64,000 nt of DNA from Octopus bimaculoides. Its lineage: Eukaryota. Positions 13,715 to 26,037 of the stretch are shown here, piece after piece. Numbering within the stretch: position 1 is the stretch's first letter; the number at the start of each line of letters is the position of its first letter. The position numbers and the translations under genes were made by a program. The notes under the pieces were generated by a model. It searched no databases. It was not told where the DNA came from and worked only from the letters and a program-made list of their open reading frames with translations. The DNA is taken from assembly GCF_001194135.2 (NCBI RefSeq), contig NC_068985.1:36425838-36489837 (forward strand), in the 5' to 3' direction.

Positions 13715-13860
13715 TATCTCCAAGGTCAATTTTACTTTCTATCCCTGTGGGGACGATGAAGTCAAGTACTAGTAAAGTACTGGTGTTGATATAATCAGCT
13801 GTACAACCCACACAATTTTCTGGTCTTGTTTCTAATGTAGAAGGAGTTATTGTTATTGGT
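13715..13860 (+). mobile_element. Degenerate SINE family B fragment
   Basis: AAGGTCAATTTTACTTTCTATCCCTGTGGGGACGAT...GTACTGGTGTTGATATAATC resembles the intact copy at 63433-63652. Confidence 0.5.
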
Positions 13861-16800
13861 GGTCGTAGTAATTGAACAGTATTATTGTGAATTCCTAAAA
13901 ATGATAAGGTAGAAAAGGGGAGCAACAAAAGTATAGAAAGGAAATTAAAGCTGGAAACTGGAAAATGAACAAGAAGGGAATATTTCAGTTGTTTTGCTTT
14001 TGTGTTAATATTACGCAAAAAAAAAAAAAAAAAAATCCAAGTATTTTTGTAAAAAACAGCAATTGAGGGAAGAGTGACAAGTGATTGGGGAAAATACGTT
14101 TGTAAAACGCAGTGGGGAAAAAGCCATATCCAGATAAAAAGACGAAAAGCTTTTGCGTGATATTAGAAATAGAGTAACAGTAAATATTTCATAAGATATA
14201 AATGCCTGTATTTAACTGCTTCATAGCAGTAAGAACTTTTAGAGCAAAAGTAGATTTTAGGTAGTATGCAAAATATTTCAAAAGTGCAACACGGAGTAGT
14301 TTGCGAGGGAATGTCTGACAGAAAAGCAACAATGAAATGGAATACTGTTTTCTAACATTGGTTCATAATCTCAGATTTATAGCGGAGTGGAGAAACGAGG
14401 TTGTGTAACATTCATGCCTTTCTCAAGAGCATCGGTGATATAAGCGAAGAGAAATAATTTCAGTCAGGAATCCCGGTTGCGTATTGGGGCTTGCTGGGAA
14501 GAGCTCTACCGTACTGCAATGGAACCTTAAATAAAAGTATTTGTTTGGAATATGAAGTTTATTTTAGCCCCGTTTCATGTTTATTTTACATTAAGAATGA
14601 TGTAAACTTGGTGCGTGAAAACGTATTTTCGAAAGTGGAAATAAGAAATGAGCAAGTTCAAGATCGTTTAAAATAAACAAGCTAAACAGTTTATCAATAC
14701 TCTCTGTTGTTTAGAGAACTGCAAAAACGCTTTATGGAATGTCTTCTTTCTCCCCCCCCCTCTCTCTTTTTCTTCCACTTTCTCCCTCCTGTGTGCAGTG
14801 GTTTAAAACACAGAAAATTATCACTGGCTGCATCTGATGATTTCCAAAAGGAAAACAGTCATAAAATTGTTAAATATCTTTACCAACACAAATGCACACT
14901 TAGATAATGTTCTCTTCTAGATTTTGGATCATCAGGCTATCTCAAAAAAGATTTTTCTAGACGGGCTGTCACCTATCCACTACTGTTACATGTGCAATTA
15001 AGTTCCCGACCCCCCAAGAAATAACAAAGAAACATATTCGGATATTTCGCTTCAGTAAGACAATGATAAGAAAGACGAATTGAAAAAAACTGAAGAAAAT
15101 TGCATTTTTAAAGGAACTATGGCATAAATCTGGCAGCTTTTTTCTAATAGCAGACCGAATGAGATATAACCAATCATTCATTGGGTTACAACTGTAAAAG
15201 AGAAAATTAACAAACATCGTATGAACTACACTGTACATGATATACTAAACTAAGCAAATCATAAACATTTAATCGTGAGAGAGCACATGAGACAGAAACG
15301 AAACTATTGAAAGTAATAGACGGACTTGAAGGTAACGCAACAAAATTTTAGTAAAAGGTTATATTTAAACATAACGATGAGGTTACGCGTGCCATAAGTG
15401 AAAACATAAAGGGCCGCGTGCCGCAGGTTACTTGTACTTGATATAAATGTGTAGCCTCAGTAAATCAACTGCAGGAAATGACAGACAAAAGAGATATTTT
15501 TCTTCGCAGTTAATTAAAAGCAAAATTTGATTCGGTTGAAAATGTTTTGATGGAGGGGAAAAAGCCAATAGTGTACTGTAAAAGTTTAAATTTGCGATGC
15601 AGGAAATAAATTTGCCGTGGGAGGTAGTCCGAAATAGGGTGGAACAGACCTGTTGTGTTATGTTCATTCGCGCCCAGGCTACACCTTCGGAAAGATTGAA
15701 GCTGTAACCATTCTGCCTTGAAGTTGCCAGCATCGCAGTAATCAGTAGAAAGAAGACAGCCTAGCCTGTCAAGTAGAAGAACACTGGTACTTAGTGTCAG
15801 TTTTAACAGACTATAGCCAGCTTCATTCTGATAGTTAACAGTTATCTCACTATTACTTATCCTACTCTGATTCTATGAGATTGAAGTTAAAACCAATCTG
15901 ATGGTAATGTAATTACACACTTTAGATCTGATCTGGAAGTATTTAAAATCATAACTCTAGCTTTTTTTTCCAATTCTTTTCATGAACATACTTAATCTAA
16001 GCGTCTTTACATTTGTACTGAGAGTCTTTTTTTCTGTATTTTATTTAAAAGTGAATTTACAAGTGTAAAAATAAATTGCTTACAGATGAAACGAACCCCC
16101 ATATCTTTTAACTTACAGTTAACACTCCACTGCACACAAATTTTGATTAAACTATTTAAGTTCCGGAGTTCTTTCCCACCCCTTTCTTGAGCAGTATTAA
16201 TATATTTATACGAATGATCTTTTTCTCTCATCTTTACAGGTGAAATTTTAATCAGCTTCCCATTTTCGACTTGTTATATTAATTCCCACTTAACTATTTG
16301 CTTTTTTCTTAAAGATAAAGTAGGCGTCCTGGGTAACCTTCTCCAATCCTTATTATAAGTTGCTATTTCTATCAGTGTTTATTTACTCAAACTATTAGAA
16401 AAAAGCATCAGATTCCGGTCTAGCAATTTCTGGTAAAAAACTATTATTCACTGAGAAGGTGTAATAATACCGAAACGGGTGCAGAGTTGTCACTCTACTT
16501 GCCAAAGATCAGAATTACTCTTCAATGCATGCTCCCTTTCATTTTTTAATTAACTTCTCTTAGTTCATTCTCGGAATAGTCTCTTCTGTTTTATTTATTT
16601 CGATGAATCGTTAAATTTAAAACTCATTTGCTTTCATTTCGTATGTAACTAATTACTTAAACACCTATTTAATAATCGTTTTATTATATTGGTTGACAGA
16701 GGATGTGCTATGCACACAAATGCAAATTTGTCATAGTATGTGCTTTACACAAATATCCTAGAATAGTTAACTCTTTAGTCTTCCTTGTAAATATTTGCAA

Positions 16801-17190
16801 TGGGAAGCCTACATTTACTTTAGTAAGTAACGCTAAGTACTGGAGAGGGGTATTGAATAATTGGCGAATATTTTGTTAGTTTGCAGTTCTAAACTTCAAT
16901 TTTTTTCACAGACTTGAAGACATCAACGAAAAACTACTGTCAAAAATGATTATCTTAATCACTACAGAGAAACAAAATTCTCTGTGACGTATTTCGATGA
17001 CGTAGTCTTAGGTCAGACATCATTGAGCTAACATGTGAGTATTCAATATAGCTACTGGATGCGATCTACAGGAGCTATTGCTCTGGATATACCATGCTTT
17101 TGTCTTGTGGAAGACAATTCTGTGCAATCAGGGTTATAGGATATTACCTTTCTTTTTACTTACCTGAGTAGTACATTAACACACATCACA

Positions 17191-17212
17191 TTAATTGAAC
17201 CCGTCTTGTATG
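17191..17212 (-). CDS. Possible terminal coding exon (exon 17164-17212; adds C-I-Q-D-G-F-N-stop)
   Basis: 73-nt intron 17285-17213 with GTAAGT donor, CTAAT branch and TAG acceptor; the exon ends at a perfect CAG|GTAAGT donor (17164/17163). Unconfirmed. Confidence 0.35.
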
Positions 17213-17285
17213 CTATTTAAAGAAATATTAGCATGCATTGTTTGAATCGTGTTATCTATTTAATGATTAGTATTAATAAACTTAC

Positions 17286-17617
17286 CATTCATCTTCTAGA
17301 CCAGTTTCAAAATTAAAGCTGCTTGAACTATGTTTCTTGGCGTATTTTCCTTGACGTTGGTAACGTTTGGGAATTGGAGACCGTTTTTTGTTGCGGAGGC
17401 TATTGAATACATTATTTGGATCAGCGTAAGCACTCCATGAATTACTGCGCGAGCTTTCGTAATCCGCTCCGAAATAATCAGCGTGAGAATTAGTTTCTTT
17501 GGTTGCCGAAGCAACAAAGTCTTCAGACCACAATACAGAAGTGGAACCAGCACGGCTTACGATTTCTCCTTTTTCCATATCGATCTCCAGGCCGACATCA
17601 GCCAGTGACTCGGTATA
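17286..17617 (-). CDS. Cytoplasmic-tail exon of the single-pass membrane protein (YTESLADV...GLEDE)
   Basis: Acceptor TTTTTCCTCGTTTTCAG, 332-nt open exon in phase 0 to 2, GTAAGT donor. Phase matches the upstream TM exon. Confidence 0.85.
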
Positions 17618-17825
17618 CTGAAAACGAGGAAAAAGCACACAGGTTAATTCCTCTTTTATAATAATTCCATTTATAAAAGAAGGATGAGTATAAAAGCAAT
17701 TTTAGAACTTGATTGGCAGTTTATTTTATCGATTCTGAAAGAATGTAAAGCAGAGTTAAAACTCGGTGGGCGTGAATTCAAAAATACTGCAGACATTTTA
17801 TCTGACGCTTTAACGAATCTGTAGA

Positions 17826-17886
17826 TTTTGTTGCTTTCTTTGTATCACCATACTCAGCGTAACGTGATACAAAGAAAGCAACAAAA
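17826..17886. repeat. Perfect 23-bp inverted repeat with 15-nt loop
   Basis: TTTTGTTGCTTTCTTTGTATCAC (17826-17848) / GTGATACAAAGAAAGCAACAAAA (17864-17886). Confidence 0.95.
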
Positions 17887-18816
17887 AGCCCCAGGATATA
17901 TCATGGAGGAGAGAGAGATATCGATGTGTTTGGTAAGGTTAGGGTATAGTTCTGAGGCGTATTATTTGAGAGTAACGGAATAGACATTGCGAGGACCGGT
18001 TCTTCTTGTTAAAGTACCGGGGGTACTTTCGTATTTGGTGTGTATCTGTGCACAGTGGTGATTTCGGTGGTGTGGAAAGGAATAGTTCTAGTGCGTGCTG
18101 AGTGGAATTGAATGCAGAACGGATAGCGAATATGGAGGCTTTCTCTGCGACATTAACTCTCATAAAAATCCATTATGGCTGAAAAGTGCAGGAAAGGAGA
18201 ATTCCACAAAGTTCGATAGTGATCCTCTTATAAAGGGATTATAAAGATCGGCTGTATTTAGGGAGGTGGGAAGGTAGCGGTTATACAATACTCTGAGGCA
18301 TCCTTCGCTGTTTGGACAATACTTTTGCAGGAGTTACACACTGAGTAAAACCTGTCCAATTTTTAAGGGTGGGCGATTTCCTTCAAGCATTGTAGTCGCC
18401 CAGTGTGGCCAATAAAGAAAAAGTCTGTTTCCTTTGCCTGAACAATTGTATAACATCTATGAAAGATCGATTTCGGAGATTTGTGGCAGTGAGATTTAGT
18501 TGTATGTGGGATGTGGAGGGACATAAGAACGGTTTTACTTAACATGCGTTTCATTCAATTAATCCTTTTAAATATAGATTGTCACAAGGAATTCATTGCA
18601 AAACTGGACATTTATTAGCCGATTTTCCATGAGTACGCTAGTAATATATGACTTTGAATTAAATAAAACTTGCTTCCATTTCATCTAATCCATTTAATTC
18701 GTTACTGCCTTAAATGACTTTGTGTAGCGTAAATTAGGACCAGAGAACTAGTTTATATAGATATATTTGTATGTATGTATGTATGTATGTCGTATATTAC
18801 ATGCAAACAAACATAC

Positions 18817-19023
18817 CCCACTTCCACGTGATATATCCGCCATTGCTTTTTGACGAAGTCGTGTGTGGTTGCGATACCAGCTACTTAGCAAGATGAAAAT
18901 AACACACAGGACCGGAATCGATGGTGCAGCTATAGTGACCATCATCCATTTTGTTGACGAAGGTTTCGGTGGATGACCCTGGCGTGGAAGTAGTGACTTG
19001 ATTACCGTCACCTTTTCAAATAT
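18817..19023 (-). CDS. Transmembrane exon (IFEKVTV...WMMVTIAAPSIPVLCVIFILLSSWY-RNHTRLRQK...GSG)
   Basis: Acceptor ATTTATTTGTAG, 207 nt, phase 0-0, GTATGT donor. About 25-aa hydrophobic stretch followed by basic stop-transfer residues. Confidence 0.9.
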
Positions 19024-19253
19024 CTACAAATAAATTGATAAAAATGAATAAGTATAAGAGAGAGAGAGAGTTTGTACGTGAGTGCGTGCGTGCGTGTGTG
19101 TTTGTGTTTGCGTGCGCGTTTGTGTGCGACTGCAGAGTTTTGTGTGTTCGAAATGTGATTAACAAAAACAAGTATGGAAGGACAATGAGAGCCGAATACA
19201 TTATAAAATTACAAAATGTAAATAATTTTTGAATAAACAGTGTAAATGTTTAC

Positions 19254-19397
19254 CGCATATTTTAGATGTACACTTATTTCTGTAAGCTGAAGTCTTGCAA
19301 ATATCTCTGCCGCTTTCTCAGCTTCTACTACAGATCCATTTTCTTGCATTTGGAAATATATACTGACCAAAGTATCTCGACGATCTTGACGAATTAT
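19254..19397 (-). CDS. SEA-like domain exon (IIRQDRRDTLVSIYFQMQENGSVVEAEKAAEIFARLQLTEISVHLKYA)
   Basis: Acceptor TTGATTATTTCCAG, 144 nt, phase 0-0, GTAAAC donor. Not in the ORF track (below its length cut-off); fits both neighbouring exons. Confidence 0.85.
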
Positions 19398-19644
19398 CTG
19401 GAAATAATCAAGAAATAAAAATGAACGCTAAAACAAAAGGAATGAATGTAATAATAAATCTGTACCTACCTGACATATGTGTATATATTAATCCATATGC
19501 ATTTCAAAACAATGATAACTAATACTTTTATTATTAATTTAGTTTGCCCATAAATATGTTTCTATGTGTCAAATTTAAATGTAGCTGGTGTACAAACAGA
19601 GTATAAACATAGATTAAAGGCAATACATACATACGTTCGTGCGA

Positions 19645-19853
19645 GTTCAAAAAATATATAGAAGTACAAACAAAGGAAACAAATGAAAAATACATATATA
19701 GAGTGTCACTAAATCCCCTTCAGTTAATGTCCAAAAGATCGTAGCAATTTCACTCCTTTAACAATGGGCGATAACTGAAGAGGATTTAGCGACGCTCTAT
19801 GTGTATATTTTCCATTTGTTCTTTTTGTTTGTACTTCTATATATTTTTTGAAC
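19645..19853. mobile_element. Foldback / MITE-like element with about 82-bp inverted arms
   Basis: GTTCAAAAAATATATAGAAGTACAAAC...CTTCAGTTA mirrored by TAACTGAAG...GTACTTCTATATATTTTTTGAAC, roughly 90% identical by eye, with about a 45-nt spacer. Confidence 0.85.
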
Positions 19854-19897
19854 ATATTATTTAATATAACGTCACGCATCTTCTTATTTTGTTAACA

Positions 19898-19956
<59 letters not shown>

Positions 19957-19960
<4 letters not shown>

Positions 19961-20163
19961 ATTGATCGCTAGCCACTAAACCTTTTTTTATTTTCTCTCT
20001 GTTTATTTCTGTGTTCCTTTCTGTTGAAGAGCATAGGCTCGAAATGTAAAAGACTTCTTCACTTCCCGAGCGTTAAGCTCATACATTTGTTTGTTGTTTA
20101 CACACCCGTCTTCGTCTTTTGTTGTGTTTGTTTTTTTTTGTAAATTCCAACTATATATATATA
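19957..20163. mobile_element. Short interspersed element between (TG)n and (TA)n, possibly Penelope-pLTR-derived
   Basis: Contains TTGAAGAGCATAGGCTCGAAA, a decayed CUGANGA..GAAA-like motif, and is bounded by microsatellites. Family assignment is from memory only. Confidence 0.4.
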
Positions 20164-21215
20164 GTTTACTTTTCCGTTAAGTCAAGGTCAGCAAAAAAGT
20201 TCTCCATTTAGTGAGAGGTAAATATTGTTTAATGTACACAGTTATGAGCTACTAATAGTTTCAGACATTGAAGACATTATCTAGGCAGATTTTAAAACAC
20301 GCCTAGTGTCTCCAAATAATGCTCAGGCTTTGGGTATATGGCTTATATAAGTTACAAACCAGGACAATAGAACAAGAAAAATTACTAGAAAAAATGGGAT
20401 GAAAGTTGGTTCAAAAAGTGGCATAATGAAAAAACGGGGGGAAAAAAAGCAAAGGAGAAAAACGAGAAGAGTTATTTTCCCTTTGACCGTAGTGTCGTAA
20501 GGATAGATGATGTTGAGTCTAAAGTCTGTGGGACAGACGATCAATTTGGAGAGGGTGGTGTCATCTAAAAGTTCCGTCGGACTGTTGAATTCCAGATGAT
20601 AAATTTTCAGAAAATGTAAGCATATGGAGAAGTTTCTTTGGGGGAATTGGAGAACATAATCCTTTCCGGATCGAGTGGCTGCTTCGCAAATTTCAGACCC
20701 CTTCCGTTGATTCTACACCATCTTGCCTTATGAAACTACCCTTATTCTTCTTCTTCTTTTTCTTTTTTCCGTTTTTTTTTCTTTCTTTTACCATTCCACT
20801 TTTTGAAACCACCTTCATCTCATCTTTGTTGGAGGTACATAGAATCTTGGTTGACTAGGTGATAGTAAAAAGAAATGAATTGAAATATAGTAAAACAAAA
20901 TTGGTGGGATGAAGAGTTATTTCCCATGAATTCGTGTTAGCCAAAGGTGAGATGTGTAAACTGCGTGTGTATCTTTATATCGCTTCACTTGTTTTTACTA
21001 CCACCAAGCCAACCTAAAGTCTATGTACCTGCATACATACATACACACATACATACATACATACATACATACATACATACATACACATATATTGAGAGAA
21101 AGAGAGAGAGAGAGTACAAAAAATTGCATCAATGACGTACGTATGTATGCATGTGTGCAAGAAACCAATACTTCACTGTGTTCATGCATATGAAACTCTT
21201 AAGCTTTATATTTAC

Positions 21216-21397
21216 CACTGCTTTAACACTGTCCGACCCTGTTTTACAGCCATCAATACACTTGGTTAATGTCATTTCATTGATTCGGTGGACCTGATCC
21301 GTGGATTCTTCCAGTGAACGTTTCCGTCTCTTTTTCATGCTGCCAGATTTGTTTACTTCCCCTAAAGCTTTGCCTTCGATATAGCTTTGAACCAAAC
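21216..21397 (-). CDS. Exon with furin consensus (G)LVQSYIEG...MKKRRKRSLEES...SVKAV
   Basis: Acceptor ATTCGTACAG, 182 nt, phase 1 to 0, GTAAAT donor. Bridges the phase-1 giant exon to the phase-0 SEA-like exon exactly. Confidence 0.85.
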
Positions 21398-21989
21398 CTG
21401 TACGAATATTATTTAAAAAGAAACAGAAATCAAAACTAAAGATAGACTAAACAAAAATGAGCCCAGAGAAATAACTCAGAGGCAAGTGGCATGTATATGA
21501 AAAAACATAGACAAATATAGGTATATCAAACACCATACAACATGAATTGTTCATTTATTAAAAGTGTGTGTGTGTGAGTGTGTGTTTGTGTGTGTGTGTG
21601 TGTATGTGTGTGTGCACGTGTGTGCACGCGCTCGAGTCTTACTTGCAGACGAGGTTTTCCACAACGACGTGGCTTTTAAGAAACCGTTAATTTTACTTAA
21701 GCAGTGATTATTTACTCACTAATCCACAACTTGGAAGTCGGATACGGCAATGTTTGTAAAATTTGATCAACAAACTGTATGAACAATCCTCATCATCTCA
21801 TAATGATTACTTTTAACGTTATGTGGCACTAGTTTATCATCAAGAACATCTCGGTTATTTATTTTGCTACAATCCGCAAATAAAAATAGAAGAATCCAAA
21901 TGTTTCCTTCCGATGTAATAAATTTACAGTTTGGTGAATTGCTTAAATAATCAAAATTTCATTCTGTTAGGTTATATTCAAATACTTAC

Positions 21990-24900
21990 CATTTCTAATA
22001 TTGTTCTGAAATTGGTCGCTGTTTATATTTACAGCTGTATCTACTTTACAAACAACGAGAAGATTTTGGTGACCTTTAGCTAACGTTTGTGACGAAGTAC
22101 TGTCTGTCTCTTGTAACGGAGTACTAACTGACTCTGGGGAAGGAGTCACAGAATTTGATGACGGTGTGTTAGATGTTGGAACACGATTGTCTTTTGATAT
22201 ATGTTTCGTTGTTTGTGTCATGGACGTAAAATCGTACTGGGCGTTTTTCTGAATAGCTTCTGATTGTATCGATCCATTCGGTTTATGCGTTTTCGATGTT
22301 ACAATCGTCGTTATAAATTGTTTAGGAAAGCTGCGGGATAAAATATGTGGATTAGAAAACTTTGATGTTGTTATTAACTTTGTTCGAGAAGATAGTTTTA
22401 TGGTGTGAGATTTTGTGTTCCGAGTAGATATTGTGGATGGCGGGAGAATCATTTTTCTTGTTAGGGATGATGTGTGTTGCTTAGGAAGTGTTGTAGGTAG
22501 GTGGGGTCTGTTTCGCGTAGAAGACTTTGTTGCTAGGGATGGAGTGCGTTGTGAAGAGGTGTTTGTAGTTTGGGGTGTTGTGCGACGTTTGGAAATTTCT
22601 TTTGTTATATATGGGGGATGCTGTGTAGAAGAAAGTTGTGTGCGTCGTGTGGAGAGGGGTTGCAGATATAGCGTGGAGGAAATATAATTTGAAGTATTTC
22701 CATTATTGATGGATTTTTGGTATGACGTAGGCATTTTATCAGTAGTTGCTGATGTCTGTTCAACAATAATTTTGGAATAAAGTTTAGGGAATGTTTGCCG
22801 AAATATTTTAGCTGCTTTTGTGGATAAGTTTTGCGTTGATACAACACGAGTAATTGGTGAGATTCTTAAAGTTGGTATCATAGTTGTTTGGAACAGAGGT
22901 TGATGTGTAGGAGCTATGTGTGAAGATGACGCTTTGTATTGGCTATTTGTCATTATAGTTGACACTGAGGCATCCTGAGAATATGTTGGTAACTCACTGG
23001 TAGAAACCGAAGTATCGTATTTAGTTGTTAAGATGGTATGTTCACTTGTTTTGGGATCTTTGGTAGTAGTGGAGGAGATTTGAGACGTCCGGTGTTTTTC
23101 ATCAACAATTGATTTGGAGTGAGTTGAGTTATCAAAGTCCAGAGGGAAATGAAATAGTTCTTTTGGAGTCGCCGAAGTCGAAAGATGTTTGTATGATCCA
23201 CGTGTTGGATTTATCGAATAAGAATTATATTTATATTCATTCCTTAGTGAAATACCATCTGACACTTTTGAAATTGATGTTTGAGTAAAATCGTCAATAT
23301 GATTTACTGTAACTGAAGATTTACTTTCTTCATTACTTCTCTCGGATGAGGCAGCAACATTGTCTTCTGACTTATAGTTCTCAGATTTTGGTGTTGATGA
23401 TTGCGGTACCAAACCTTGGAGAAGAGAAACATTTTCGGGGAGTTTTGTAAGCATGTCATGTGGTATCTGTGTGGAAAGAAGATTTATCGGATCATTAGAA
23501 TGTATGTCGTTTTGAGGTGCTATTTGTTCGCGATTACTTTTCGACTGTGCTGTATTTTGCCATAAATACTTGGGATTCACTGTTTGATATATTAGTTCAG
23601 TTTCAGGAGTTGTAAACTGTTTGCGTGTTATTTTCGATTTTTTCATCTCGGCCTTCGTGTTTCCATAAAGTGACCTAAGGGAAGAACCTTTACCTGAAGA
23701 TAAAATTGTAGGATTAGTTGATAATTCTGAAATAACGACCTGGCCTGTGGAAGATTTAGGAAAAAAATTCTCATGGGTGGTCTGTACCTCATCGATAAAA
23801 TCTGAATTTAACGGAGCTGAATCATCAAATTGAATTGATGAATTTCTTTTTAAGTTAGCATCTAAATCAGTAACTGAACCTTTAAATGTTTGCTTAATGA
23901 TGGTGTTCTCGAAACTTAAGTGCCGGGGGTCTGCGGTAGAAATGAAATTCGGTGCGCTTGAATCTCTGTTCAGCAAATGGTCGTTCAAATCAGATGTTTT
24001 GCTTGGTAAAGAAGTTAATTTGAGATTTTCGTCACTTAACATCCACTTCGTTCGATCAGTGGTATATTCAGTGACTTCTTTATGTTTTACGTTATTCGTG
24101 TATCTGGATTCTTTTTCATTCAAATCTTTTTGTTTCACATCTGTTTCCGACAATTCTTTTACGTTCTTGGGTATTTTTGTTAGAGGAAGTATAGTTACAT
24201 ATGATTGTTTATTTTGCTTGAATCGACGATCATATCGATTGCTTATTCTCCTCAAAGTTGATTCTGATTGTGTTGTGCGAAATAGTTTTGAAACCTCAAA
24301 ATTATCTGATATGTTTTGCTGAGCTGATTCTTTTCCTTTTCCAGGTTTTAAAACATTTCTGATTGTTGTAACTGTTGACGGATTAGGGTCCGGAAATGAT
24401 TGCTTCACAGTTTTATCTGGTAACGAACCTTCATTTCTAACAATTTTCTGGAAATGGTTGTGGTCATTTAGTGAATGTTGCTTCCCCTTTCTGTTTTTAT
24501 ATCTGAATAATCGGAAAGGTGAAACAGAAGATAATCGGTCTTTAATTTTGTTTTCAGATATTTGTTTCGTTGTTGAAATTAGATTTCTCGAATCATGAAA
24601 GAAAAATTTTGGCAAAAATGTTGCATCTTGTTGAAAATTTTCTTTTGACTTGTTCCTTAACTTAAAACGGTGTTTTTGATCGACTCTCTCAGGCAGTCGA
24701 TTCCAGTTCGTAAATCGATCAGTTTCATTCTTATTTGAACTCTCACGATATTCATCCTTTTTTCCGTGTTTGTTTGTTGCAAAACTTACTCGGTGGACCT
24801 CAGTTGACGTAGAAATGTCATAAAATTTTTTTTTTTCTTTTTTACTCGTTACGTTTAAGCTTTTGTTTCGGATTCTATTCTTCTTAATAATTTTCTTTTT

Positions 24901-25682
24901 CTTTTTTCGTTTTTTATTCGTTAGTTTTTCAGTCTTTTTACTTTTGATCTTTCCTTGAAAATTATGTTTTTTACTGTTCAACGTGTTATATGTTCGGTGT
25001 GTACTCGGGTCAGTAGATTTCTGTACAGCTCCGTTCTCTTCCTCTACATTTTGCAATGAGTCAGGAGTTTCCGCAGAGCTTAAATAATTATCAGCCAATC
25101 CCATATCAGTGGTCTTCCGTATATTAATGGCGTCAGTTTGTCGGTTTTGACCTGTTTCATTTAACTTGGATCGTTTATTGTTTCTTTTTTGTATCTTCTT
25201 TGATGTTTTGACGTTCCTGCTTGATGAATGTCCCACTTGCTTATTAACATCTATGGACGATAAATGTATCAGTTTGTTTCCATCGATATTAGAAATATTA
25301 CTTTTATCAGTTGAATTGTAGTCAAGCTCTTTCTCCTCTATCAAGGAACCTAACTGCGAGTTGCTTTCACCGCTGTTTATTTCTAGTCCATCAACGACAC
25401 TGTTATTTTTCAAACTGCTTCTTTCGTTAACATCTGAAACGTTGTGTTGAATTTCCTTTGTTTCAATAGTCGTAGTATGAACTTTATCTTGCTTCGCTGT
25501 GTCAACGTTTCTTAAGAGAGGTTGTCTTGTTTTTTCAGAAGGTGACTCTGACATTTCTTTTGGTGAGGAAGTAAACATATGTTCCGCAGACAGATAATCG
25601 GTTGTTTTCTGTGAAGACTGGCTCTTCATTTTATTTATTACACTATCTTCAGCTTTCATGATTCTTCCTTCTGTATTTGCAC
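21990..25682 (-). CDS. 3693-nt single exon: low-complexity, Lys/Asn-rich then Ser/Thr/Pro-rich (mucin-like) ectodomain
   Basis: 1249-aa ORF bounded by a TGTCTTTCAG acceptor (25683) and a G|GTAAGT donor (21989); symmetric phase 1-1, 1231 codons, no stops. Confidence 0.9.
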
Positions 25683-26037
25683 CTGAAAGACATATAACAA
25701 CGAAATTAGGACACATGGTATCAATATATTCTCATTTGAAAGAGACGATTAACAAATTTCCTTTGCAATGTATTCGCATTCTAATAGACTTTCACCCCAA
25801 CTCCTTGATTTTAATCTACGAGCCAGTTAAAGGAAGACCTGAAGGGAACTAACAGATGTTATTAACAGAAATGTTATACGGTCAACTATAAAGGAATAAC
25901 TTAAGGCGATTTGACGGTGCTAATAATTAAACAATGCATTCTATATACTAACATTTGCTGTCCATTTGATTTAAATTGCACTAGCAACCAGGAAAAAGTT
26001 ATACAGGCTTAACGTCTAAATGTGAAAATTTCTGAAA

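Noticed and set aside
20323-20720. Open minus-strand frame as a possible extra exon between 21216 and 19397
   Set aside because: Weak acceptor, no good phase-0 donor, and the gene model is already phase-complete without it.
22415-24322. ORFs 22415-22687 (+), 22605-22847 (-) and 23897-24322 (+)
   Set aside because: Shadow frames of the low-complexity giant exon.
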